A program made the position numbers and the translations under genes. DNA of 64,000 bases from a virus. The notes beneath the pieces are model-generated. The model worked only from the letters and a program-made list of their open reading frames with translations. It was not told the DNA's origin and searched no databases. This document shows positions 49,143 to 56,887 of the stretch, piece after piece. Each line of letters opens with the position of its first letter. Position 1 is the first letter of the stretch. Location of the stretch: positions 1-64,000 of IMG/VR virus record IMGVR_UViG_3300025122_000008; one strand, 5' to 3'.

Positions 49143-49532
49143 ATGAAAAAAAACAAACAAGAATATATTGCTAAATTAGAAAAAGCCATCTCGCAAAAAT
49201 ATGGGGATGACGCAATAAACAATCCGCGGCGTTTTTGGGACGAAGAGAAAGAAAAAAAATACATAGCGCAATCTCAAGAAGAGCAAAGGAAGTTTGCCAA
49301 ATTATCTGAAACACAAGACAAAGTAGAAACAGGCGGATTTTTAGTAAACAAAAAACTACTTAGTAGAGATACAAACAGGCTTTGTCCCGTTTGCAGTAAA
49401 TATTCATTTGACGTGCGCGACGATTTATATTTAAATAAGTTTGAATGTTGTTGGAGATGTCACATTCAATGGGTAGAGGGTAGAGAAGAAAGATGGGCAA
49501 CAGGATGGCGCCCAAATAAAGAGGATAAATAA
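49143..49532 (+). CDS. Hypothetical protein with Cys cluster (CPVC...CCWRC)
   Basis: 129 aa, putative Zn finger. Confidence 0.65.
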   Translation: MKKNKQEYIAKLEKAISQKYGDDAINNPRRFWDEEKEKKYIAQSQEEQRKFAKLSETQDKVETGGFLVNKKLLSRDTNRLCPVCSKYSFDVRDDLYLNKFECCWRCHIQWVEGREERWATGWRPNKEDK

Positions 49533-50074
49533 TGGCGACAACACTAGAAATTATTAGAGGAATTGCGCAGGCCGCGGCCAATGCATATGATGGTTCTCAC
49601 GAGGAATCACTAAGCGCAGATGGCAAGGCAAGAAAGGTTGGTCTACACCGAGAAGAGGGGCACCTCATTAATGATCGTCGTGTCATAGACGGGTTTAACG
49701 TAAGATTTAGTGGCCCGATCCTAACAATTACATATCAATCGGAAATTAGACTTAAAGAAGTAGCTCAGCCGGGCTTTGAAAATGAAGTGGTGGGGATGAT
49801 TAGGAAGGTTGCCTCCTTTTTAAAGAAGGAGTACAAAAGTATTACCGGCGACACCCTATCTCTGACTAAGGTCGGTGAGCCAGCCGTATTGGTACAAAAA
49901 ATTTCCAATTTCCGATCGGACGTTCAAGCCTCATGTAATTATAAAATTGGTGGCATGGGCGATGTAGAGGAAAACAAAATGCCCTCAGAAGATCGTCTGG
50001 ACAAAGCAGTCCGAGACTGGCTAGCCCTGGGCCCAGGCAAAAAGCGGCCTTCAAACGACACTCGCAAAGGGTAG
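49532..50074 (+). CDS. Hypothetical protein upstream of terminase
   Basis: 180 aa with a GAGG RBS and a TAATG overlap. Confidence 0.7.
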   Translation: MATTLEIIRGIAQAAANAYDGSHEESLSADGKARKVGLHREEGHLINDRRVIDGFNVRFSGPILTITYQSEIRLKEVAQPGFENEVVGMIRKVASFLKKEYKSITGDTLSLTKVGEPAVLVQKISNFRSDVQASCNYKIGGMGDVEENKMPSEDRLDKAVRDWLALGPGKKRPSNDTRKG

Positions 50075-50086
50075 TAATAGCGTGTT

Positions 50087-51673
50087 ATGGGGTATAGTCC
50101 TACTAAACAGGAGATAGTCAAGGAGGTAGTTAAATCTGGCAAAAGTCCAGTTTATTTTATTACAAATTATTGTAAGATATCGCATCCCCAACAAGGTTTA
50201 ATCCCATTTAAAACTTATGATTTCCAGGACAACCTTTTAAAAGATTTTAACGATCATCGATTTAATATAGTATTAAAGGCGCGCCAATTAGGTATATCCA
50301 CAATTACTGCAGCCTATATCGTGTGGCTGATGTTGTTCCATCGTGACAAAAATATTCTAGTTGTTGCAACTAAATTACAAACCGCAACAAATCTGGTAAG
50401 AAAAGTTAAAAAAATAATGAAATCTCTTCCCCCATGGGTGAAGATATCTCAAATTAGCATAGACAATAGGACTTCTTTTGAGCTTACAAACGGATCTCAG
50501 ATTAAGGCATCTTCGACCTCGTCAGATGCTGGTCGTTCAGAGGCCTTATCGTTATTAGTAGTAGACGAAGCCGCACACGTTGAGAATCTTGAAGAAATAT
50601 GGACCGCTTTGTATCCGACTTTATCTACCGGTGGTCGATGTATCGCTCTTTCTACCCCCAATGGGGTTGGCAATTGGTTTCACAAGGCATGTGTTGAGGC
50701 CGAAGCAGGTATAAATAATTTTTATATGACGACGCTTATGTGGGATATGCATCCCGATAGGGATCAAGCTTGGTATGAAAGAGAAACAAGAAATATGTCC
50801 CAGCGCCAGATTGCGCAGGAGCTAGAATGTAACTTCAACGTTTCTGGAGAAACAGTAATACATGCAGATGATCTATCTTATTATCTTAATAATGTGAATG
50901 AGCCAAAATATCGTACCGGCTTTGATCGTAATTATTGGATATGGGAGGAGTATAAAGACGAGTCGTCTTATTTAATTGCTGCTGATATTGCACGTGGAGA
51001 TGGTCAAGACAATTCAGCATTTCACGTATTCAAGTTGGATACCCTGGAAATAGTTGCAGAATATATTGGTAAACCAAATCCAGACGATTTTTCTGATATA
51101 TTATTTGATGCTGGAAAAGAATATGGCACCTGTATGATTGTCGCAGAAAATAATAACATAGGGTTTGCTGTACTTAATAAGTTAAAAGATAAGGAGTATA
51201 ATAATATATATCATTCTACGAAAACTTCTCATGATTACGTTGATCCAATCCAAGCACAGTGGATGTCTAATATTGTCCCGGGTTTTACAACCTCTTCTAA
51301 AACAAGGCCGCTGGTGATTGCCAAGATGGAAGAGTTTATGCGGAACAAACTAGTTAAGATTAATTCTAATCGATTGCTTTCTGAAATGAAAACGTTTATA
51401 TGGCACCACGGAAGGGCCCAGGCGATGAGATCTTATAATGATGATTTGATTATGTCGTTTGCAATTGGGTGCTGGGTACGAGATACAGTGCTTATAGAAA
51501 ATCAAAGATTAACCGAATATAATAGAAATGCTCTTTTGTCAATATCGACCTCTTCAAAGAAAATGAACACAACAATACCTGGAATGATCGGGTATAAAAA
51601 ACATACCGAAGGCCCGCGCCAGCAGGAAGCGGCACAGTTTAATGAACAATATGCTGCGATTATTAAAGGATAG
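50087..51673 (+). CDS. terL: Terminase large subunit (T4 gp17-like)
   Basis: YDFQ, LKARQLGIST (Walker A), LLVVDEAAHV (Walker B), LSTPNG, QELEC, AADIARGDGQDNS, NDDLIMSFAI. Confidence 0.96.
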   Translation: MGYSPTKQEIVKEVVKSGKSPVYFITNYCKISHPQQGLIPFKTYDFQDNLLKDFNDHRFNIVLKARQLGISTITAAYIVWLMLFHRDKNILVVATKLQTATNLVRKVKKIMKSLPPWVKISQISIDNRTSFELTNGSQIKASSTSSDAGRSEALSLLVVDEAAHVENLEEIWTALYPTLSTGGRCIALSTPNGVGNWFHKACVEAEAGINNFYMTTLMWDMHPDRDQAWYERETRNMSQRQIAQELECNFNVSGETVIHADDLSYYLNNVNEPKYRTGFDRNYWIWEEYKDESSYLIAADIARGDGQDNSAFHVFKLDTLEIVAEYIGKPNPDDFSDILFDAGKEYGTCMIVAENNNIGFAVLNKLKDKEYNNIYHSTKTSHDYVDPIQAQWMSNIVPGFTTSSKTRPLVIAKMEEFMRNKLVKINSNRLLSEMKTFIWHHGRAQAMRSYNDDLIMSFAIGCWVRDTVLIENQRLTEYNRNALLSISTSSKKMNTTIPGMIGYKKHTEGPRQQEAAQFNEQYAAIIKG

Positions 51674-51677
51674 ATAG

Positions 51678-53684
51678 ATGCCACCAGATAAAAAGATAGA
51701 TCACAGAAACAATCCGAGAAACCCGGCATCACCTCTTTTTAAGAGACTAACGAGGCTTTTTACGGGCCCCCTCATTAATTATCGGGCCCAATTTACGAGA
51801 GAAGAACGACGATCTGCGTTAGATAAATATAAATATAGATTTAGAAGTTTAAGCGGCCAGCAGTTCAAACGTTCCGCAGACAATTTATCTCGTAATTATA
51901 ATATGTTAACTTCCGCGGCAATGCGGAATCAAAACAGAAACGAAAGATATATTGATTTTGATCAGATGGAATATATGCCAGAGATTGCGTCTGCACTAGA
52001 TATTTACGCAGACGAGATGACAACCTCTAACGGATACAATCCACTTCTTAAGATTGAATGTAGAAATGAAGAAATTAAAACAATTTTGCATGGTCTTTTT
52101 TATGATGCGCTAAATGTTGAGTTTAATGCGTTCGGCTGGGCGAGAACCATGTCTAAATATGGCGACTTCTTTTTGTATTTAGATGTAGATGAAATATTAG
52201 GTGTAAAATCGGTTATTGGATTACCTTCTGGAGAAGTAGAGAGGCTGGAAGGGCAGGATCCTACAAACCCAAATTACGTACAGTATCAATGGAATTCTGC
52301 TGGGATGACTTTTGAAAATTGGCAAGTTGGCCACTTTAGAATTCTTGGTAATGATAAGCACGCCCCATATGGTACTTCTGTTTTAGACCCTGCTCGACGT
52401 ATTTGGCGTCAATTGGTTTTAATTGAAGATGCTATGCTGGCTTATCGTGTTGTTCGTGCGCCAGAACGACGAATGTTTAAAATCGATGTGGGCAATATTC
52501 CGCCCCAAGAGGTGGAACAATATATGGAAAAGGTTAAGACCTCTTTGAAAAGAAATTCTTTGGTTGATGCATCGACCGGTCGAGTAGATTTGCGATATAA
52601 TCCGTTATCTGTTGAAGAAGATTATTTTATTCCAATTCGTGGTGGTGTAGGATCCGATATTACAACTTTGGCGGGGGCATCTCAACTCAATGATATTGAC
52701 GATGTAAAGTATATCCGAGATAAATTATTCTCGGCCATCAAGATACCTCAAGAGTATTTGTCAATGACAGAGGGATCCGGCCAAGGAGAAACCACGTTAG
52801 CACAAAAAGATGTACGATTTGCGCGCACCATACAGAGACTTCAGAGGGCCTTTGTTTCAGAGCTTGAAAAAATTGCTGTTGTACACTTATTTACGTTGGG
52901 CTATCGTGGTCAGGATTTAATTTCTTTTAAGTTGGCCCTAAATAATCCCTCTAAACTAGCAGAATTGCAAGAGATTGAACATCTTCGTAGCAAATTTGAT
53001 TTGGCCAACAATGTTGTTGAGGGCATGTTTAGTAAGTATTGGATCTCAAAAAACATACTTCGCATGTCCGATGAAGAATTTTTACGAAATCAACGAGAGG
53101 CGTTCTATGATCGCAAATATCAAGTGGCCCTCGATGCGGTGACCGAAGAGGGCGCTGCGGAAGCTGCCGGTGGTGGACTTGGCGCTGCGGATCTGGGTGG
53201 AGGCGACCTAGGCCTTGAGGGCGGCGCCGACGCCGGTCTTGATTTGGGCGGAGAAGAAGGTGCTGGCGAACTAGGCGGAGAAGAAGGTGCCGGCGAACTA
53301 GGCGGAGAAGCTGCCGCTGGTGAAGAGTCAACCCTATTGGCGGCTCCTGCGCGCGTCGAGGATCGACCCACAATAGCCAGTCTTGAGCCGCAGGCTAAGG
53401 GTAAGAAATATTATAGAAGAAAGGAAGATACCAGAAAAACAAACAAGAAGGGCCCTACTAGCAGAAAAGTACGCCCGCGCGCGAAGACTTCCACTCGCGA
53501 TGTTTTCCCAGGTAACAAGCTTTTGAACATCAACGCACTTTATGAGGATTATGAATCTATTTATATTAATAAGTCTGATGATCAAGAGGTGAAACTGTTT
53601 GAGAACACCAAAGATATTCGTAAATTGATAACAGAGTTGGAAATAAAAGAAGCGGAGACAGATAACGGTGAAGACAAAGCATAA
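51678..53684 (+). CDS. Portal protein (T4 gp20-like)
   Basis: PEIASALDIYADE, YGTSVL..ARRIWRQLVLIEDAMLAYRVVRAPERRMFKIDVGNIP, EEDYFIPIRG, IDDVKYIRDKLFSAIKIP, DVRFARTIQRLQ. Confidence 0.95.
   Translation: MPPDKKIDHRNNPRNPASPLFKRLTRLFTGPLINYRAQFTREERRSALDKYKYRFRSLSGQQFKRSADNLSRNYNMLTSAAMRNQNRNERYIDFDQMEYMPEIASALDIYADEMTTSNGYNPLLKIECRNEEIKTILHGLFYDALNVEFNAFGWARTMSKYGDFFLYLDVDEILGVKSVIGLPSGEVERLEGQDPTNPNYVQYQWNSAGMTFENWQVGHFRILGNDKHAPYGTSVLDPARRIWRQLVLIEDAMLAYRVVRAPERRMFKIDVGNIPPQEVEQYMEKVKTSLKRNSLVDASTGRVDLRYNPLSVEEDYFIPIRGGVGSDITTLAGASQLNDIDDVKYIRDKLFSAIKIPQEYLSMTEGSGQGETTLAQKDVRFARTIQRLQRAFVSELEKIAVVHLFTLGYRGQDLISFKLALNNPSKLAELQEIEHLRSKFDLANNVVEGMFSKYWISKNILRMSDEEFLRNQREAFYDRKYQVALDAVTEEGAAEAAGGGLGAADLGGGDLGLEGGADAGLDLGGEEGAGELGGEEGAGELGGEAAAGEESTLLAAPARVEDRPTIASLEPQAKGKKYYRRKEDTRKTNKKGPTSRKVRPRAKTSTRDVFPGNKLLNINALYEDYESIYINKSDDQEVKLFENTKDIRKLITELEIKEAETDNGEDKA
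53247..53310 (+). repeat. 27 bp tandem repeat (about 2.4 copies) encoding GGEEGAGEL in the portal C-terminal linker
   Basis: GGCGGAGAAGAAGGTGC(T/C)GGCGAACTA twice, plus a partial GGCGGAGAAG. Confidence 0.85.
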
Positions 53685-54492
53685 TAAAAAAAGAAATACT
53701 GCAATTCTGTATGAACTGGTAACCAGGGAATTAACTGATTCTATTGTTAAAAAAGACAATGATAGATATAAATTTACTTTATCTGTTCTAAAAGAGTCTT
53801 TCGGAGAAAAAACCATACTTGGTCGTGAACTTCGATGCTATCGCGACGTTTTAGAAACAAGGGACGTTGAAAAATATACAGCAGAGAGAATAATACACGA
53901 AACGAGGGGTGTTCATGGGCGCCTAAATTCTAAGAAAATATTTGATTCTCAAACAAAAGTTATTAATAAAATTAACAAAGCCCTGTCAAAGGATATATGG
54001 AGCACCTTTATTCCTAATTTTAAAACCCTTGCAACAATATCAGCGGTTTTTAATTCAAATACTTCTGCAAAGCAAAGAGTGCTGCACGAAGATATTTTAA
54101 TAAAAATTATGAGTTCGGCTGAGAAATTAGAAGAGGGAATATTACAGCCGATGGATGATATAATTTATCATTCGTTCGTAAAAAAGTTTAATGATAAATA
54201 CTCGTTACTTCTTAAAGAACAGAAAAATTTACTCAACAGATATATAGCATCTTTTTCTGATAATGGGTTAGAGCTGAATCTGTATCTTAATGAAGAGATA
54301 GGTCGTTTAAAAAATATTATGACCGACGCACTTCAAACACAAGAGGTCAAGTCGGACGAGACTATGATTGAAAAAACAAAAAAAGTTTTAAGCATATTAG
54401 AGAGCTTTAAAGAGATTTTCCCAACTAAAGAGACGATTGAAAAAGTATTACAAATTCAACAGCTAGCCGGGGAAATATGCTCCGATGATTAA
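53668..54492 (+). CDS. Hypothetical head-region protein
   Basis: 274 aa, helical, starting KHNKKRNTAILYELV. Overlaps the portal stop. Confidence 0.7.
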   Translation: MKTKHNKKRNTAILYELVTRELTDSIVKKDNDRYKFTLSVLKESFGEKTILGRELRCYRDVLETRDVEKYTAERIIHETRGVHGRLNSKKIFDSQTKVINKINKALSKDIWSTFIPNFKTLATISAVFNSNTSAKQRVLHEDILIKIMSSAEKLEEGILQPMDDIIYHSFVKKFNDKYSLLLKEQKNLLNRYIASFSDNGLELNLYLNEEIGRLKNIMTDALQTQEVKSDETMIEKTKKVLSILESFKEIFPTKETIEKVLQIQQLAGEICSDD

Positions 54493-54991
54493 TATTAATA
54501 TTGGGGGCCCCCAGGCGACAAAAAGTTTCAGGGCCAGAAAAACTCTTGATGGTAATTTAATGATTATGGATCATGATATTATCGATATTGTACTGTTACC
54601 AGAGAGTAGTAAAATCTTAACATTTCCTAAAAGTCGATCAGTCGAAGATGCCTATAATACTCAGGCCAGGTTTTTTGATTTTTTATCCGACAAGGGAGTA
54701 GTCGATCGAGAGACAGTTCAGGGTGGAAACATCTTTCGTTCTTTGGAGGCTCTTTTACCCGAGGGCAAAGGGGCGAATTCGCTACAAGCGGCCGTTTATG
54801 TAATATCGGAGTTTCTACGGGAAGAACTGGACGCCTTAAATAAGGCCGAAGAATACGAAAAAGAATTAGAAAATTATTTTGTGGATCCCACCGATAGGGA
54901 CTCTACAGAGTTGGGCGAGGTACCACAACATGCAGAGAAGGGTGCGATGATACCTGGGTATTACTATATCCCATTGCGATACAGATTATAG
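54485..54991 (+). CDS. Hypothetical head-region protein
   Basis: 168 aa ORF overlapping its neighbours. Confidence 0.7.
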   Translation: MININIGGPQATKSFRARKTLDGNLMIMDHDIIDIVLLPESSKILTFPKSRSVEDAYNTQARFFDFLSDKGVVDRETVQGGNIFRSLEALLPEGKGANSLQAAVYVISEFLREELDALNKAEEYEKELENYFVDPTDRDSTELGEVPQHAEKGAMIPGYYYIPLRYRL

Positions 54992-55323
54992 TGGAGATGC
55001 AAGTGATAATGTGGCCAACATTAGAGAGTCTCGCAATCTTTATATTGTGTGCTTATGGCCTTACACAGCTTCTTTGTTTTTCAAAACTTTTAGATAAGAT
55101 TAGGCCCAAACATTATTTCTTTTCTTGCCCCATGTGTATAGGATTTTGGGTTGGTGCGTTTCTATGGGGCGTTAATAGTTATACTGAACTATTTATGTTT
55201 GATGGCAATAATCTCTTAACTGGGTTTTTGCTTGGATGCCTGAGTTCGGGTACATCATATGCTTTAAATGTGATTATCTGTGATGACGGAATACAAATAG
55301 GAAGAGGAGAACATCATGACTAA
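54991..55323 (+). CDS. Small membrane protein with CxxC (DUF1360-like)
   Basis: Three hydrophobic helices around FFSCPMCIGFWVG. Confidence 0.6.
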   Translation: MEMQVIMWPTLESLAIFILCAYGLTQLLCFSKLLDKIRPKHYFFSCPMCIGFWVGAFLWGVNSYTELFMFDGNNLLTGFLLGCLSSGTSYALNVIICDDGIQIGRGEHHD

Positions 55324-55366
55324 ATGGATGCTACAGCCAGTAAGACGATGCTGCAAAGGCAGTTGA
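55316..55366 (+). CDS. Candidate 16 aa micro-ORF MTKWMLQPVRRCCKGS
   Basis: GAGGAG a few nt upstream of ATG 55316. Overlaps the previous stop and fills the gap before 55390. Confidence 0.4.
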   Translation: MTKWMLQPVRRCCKGS

Positions 55367-55389
55367 CTACTTTACTAAAGGAATAAAAA

Positions 55390-55809
55390 ATGAGCAAATA
55401 TTCAAGCTTTAAAGAATTTCAATTGATAACCGAGAACTGGCGTAAGTATTTCTTGCACGAGACAGTATTGCGCGAGGCCGGCGGAGGCGCAGGCGCTATT
55501 CCACACTTTTCGCCTCTTAGTGCAACGAAGCCAGGGGAGCGTATTCCGGTACCGGGATCTCAGCGACCCTATGAACAGCGGGATATCGATGGGAATGTTG
55601 CCGCTATAGCGGAGGCATTCGCAGATGTTGATGAGCGCTTCGAGGCTCTCGTTGCCGTCGTCGCGAAACCCGACGCGGATGGCTACCGAGGCGCCCCACC
55701 GGAGTTGTGGGAGTTGCGCAATGCAATAGAACTTGCAAGCGCCCGCTTCGCGAGCTTGCAAAATCGTATTGGAGAGGACCCTCGGGCCCCTCGCCTAGAA
55801 GAGGAATAA
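55390..55809 (+). CDS. Putative internal head protein (leader ...ITENWRKYFLHETVLRE)
   Basis: AAGGA RBS, LxE-type motifs, located next to the prohead protease. Confidence 0.55.
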   Translation: MSKYSSFKEFQLITENWRKYFLHETVLREAGGGAGAIPHFSPLSATKPGERIPVPGSQRPYEQRDIDGNVAAIAEAFADVDERFEALVAVVAKPDADGYRGAPPELWELRNAIELASARFASLQNRIGEDPRAPRLEEE

Positions 55810-55813
55810 AACC

Positions 55814-56281
55814 ATGGCACGTTATAAAAAAAATGTAAAAAGAATAGACCCAAGATACTTCTTGAACGAGACAGTATTGCGGGAAGGGGATGAGGCTGCA
55901 CTTGCCCAAGCCGGCGAGGAAGCACTCGCAGATATGGGTGAAGAGGGAATCCTTGCCCAGCTGGGGCAACTGCCTCCAGAAACGCAGGCAGAAATCCAGG
56001 CAGCTGCAGCAGCTACGGCAGAAGAAGCCTCACAAATGAACGAATCCGGGGAACTTGATGATTCATATCTCGCCGGCCCTCGGGGAAGCGCAATGGCCAC
56101 CGGCGGCGTTGCCGGCGCAGGACTTGGCGCCGCTGCCGGAGCAGTAACTTCATCTCTTATGAGTCTTGCCACCGCCAATGCGGTGGGAACTGTGCTTGGC
56201 GCCGCTGCCTTTGGCGCCTCCGGTGGAATTATCGCAGCTGCCGTCTATATTCTGGCTAAGAGGATGCTCCAAGGGAAATAA
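55814..56281 (+). CDS. Putative internal head protein with C-terminal glycine-zipper helices
   Basis: Leader RIDPRYFLNETVLRE, acidic middle, then GGVAGAGLGAAAG...GTVLGAAAFGASGGIIAAAVYIL. Confidence 0.55.
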   Translation: MARYKKNVKRIDPRYFLNETVLREGDEAALAQAGEEALADMGEEGILAQLGQLPPETQAEIQAAAAATAEEASQMNESGELDDSYLAGPRGSAMATGGVAGAGLGAAAGAVTSSLMSLATANAVGTVLGAAAFGASGGIIAAAVYILAKRMLQGK

Positions 56282-56284
56282 ACA

Positions 56285-56884
56285 ATGGCACAACTTCTCC
56301 GAGAATACTATGAACTATGCGAAGGCGGCGTCTGTCAGGATCTTCTGACGGAGGATGAAAAACGCTTTGTTCGTGATGGTGGTATGATGTTATCGGGGAT
56401 GATGCAGATGGCAGAGACCCAAAACGGCAATGGTCGCGTGTATCCTCAAGCAATATTGGAGAGAGAAGTTAAAAATTATAAAAAATTAGTAAAAGATAAG
56501 CGCGCCTTGGGCGAACTTGATCATCCGGAAGATTCCGTTATTAATCTTAGAAATGTTTCTCATCAAATTACTGATATCTGGATGGACGACAATAAAGTTA
56601 TGGGCAAAATGAAGGTATTGGACACGCCTTCCGGCGGCATCCTTCGTTCACTGGTTGATTCCGGTGTTTCTATAGGCATTTCTTCAAGGGGACTCGGTTC
56701 GGTTACCGAGAACGCCGGCAAGACCATTGTCGAGGACGACTTTCAGTTGATTTGTTTTGATATGGTTTCTGAACCATCAACCCCGGGCGCATTTATGATG
56801 AGAGAGAACAAAAATAGAATTGAAGAAATTTTTACCAAGGCGGATCGAATTAATCGTGCTTTAAACGAAGTATTAGAGGAATAA
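56285..56884 (+). CDS. Prohead core protease (T4 gp21-like)
   Basis: NGNGRVYP, ALGELDHP, NVSH, LDTPSG, GISSRGLGS, DDFQLICFDMVSEPSTPGAFM. Confidence 0.96.
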   Translation: MAQLLREYYELCEGGVCQDLLTEDEKRFVRDGGMMLSGMMQMAETQNGNGRVYPQAILEREVKNYKKLVKDKRALGELDHPEDSVINLRNVSHQITDIWMDDNKVMGKMKVLDTPSGGILRSLVDSGVSIGISSRGLGSVTENAGKTIVEDDFQLICFDMVSEPSTPGAFMMRENKNRIEEIFTKADRINRALNEVLEE

Positions 56885-56887
56885 GAG

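Noticed and set aside
49143-50074. Terminase small subunit call for the genes upstream of terL
   Set aside because: Position is suggestive, but no TerS motif could be recognised, so they are left as hypothetical.
55364-55378. Selenocysteine read-through of the micro-ORF TGA
   Set aside because: No SECIS-like hairpin follows, and a TAA occurs four codons later.
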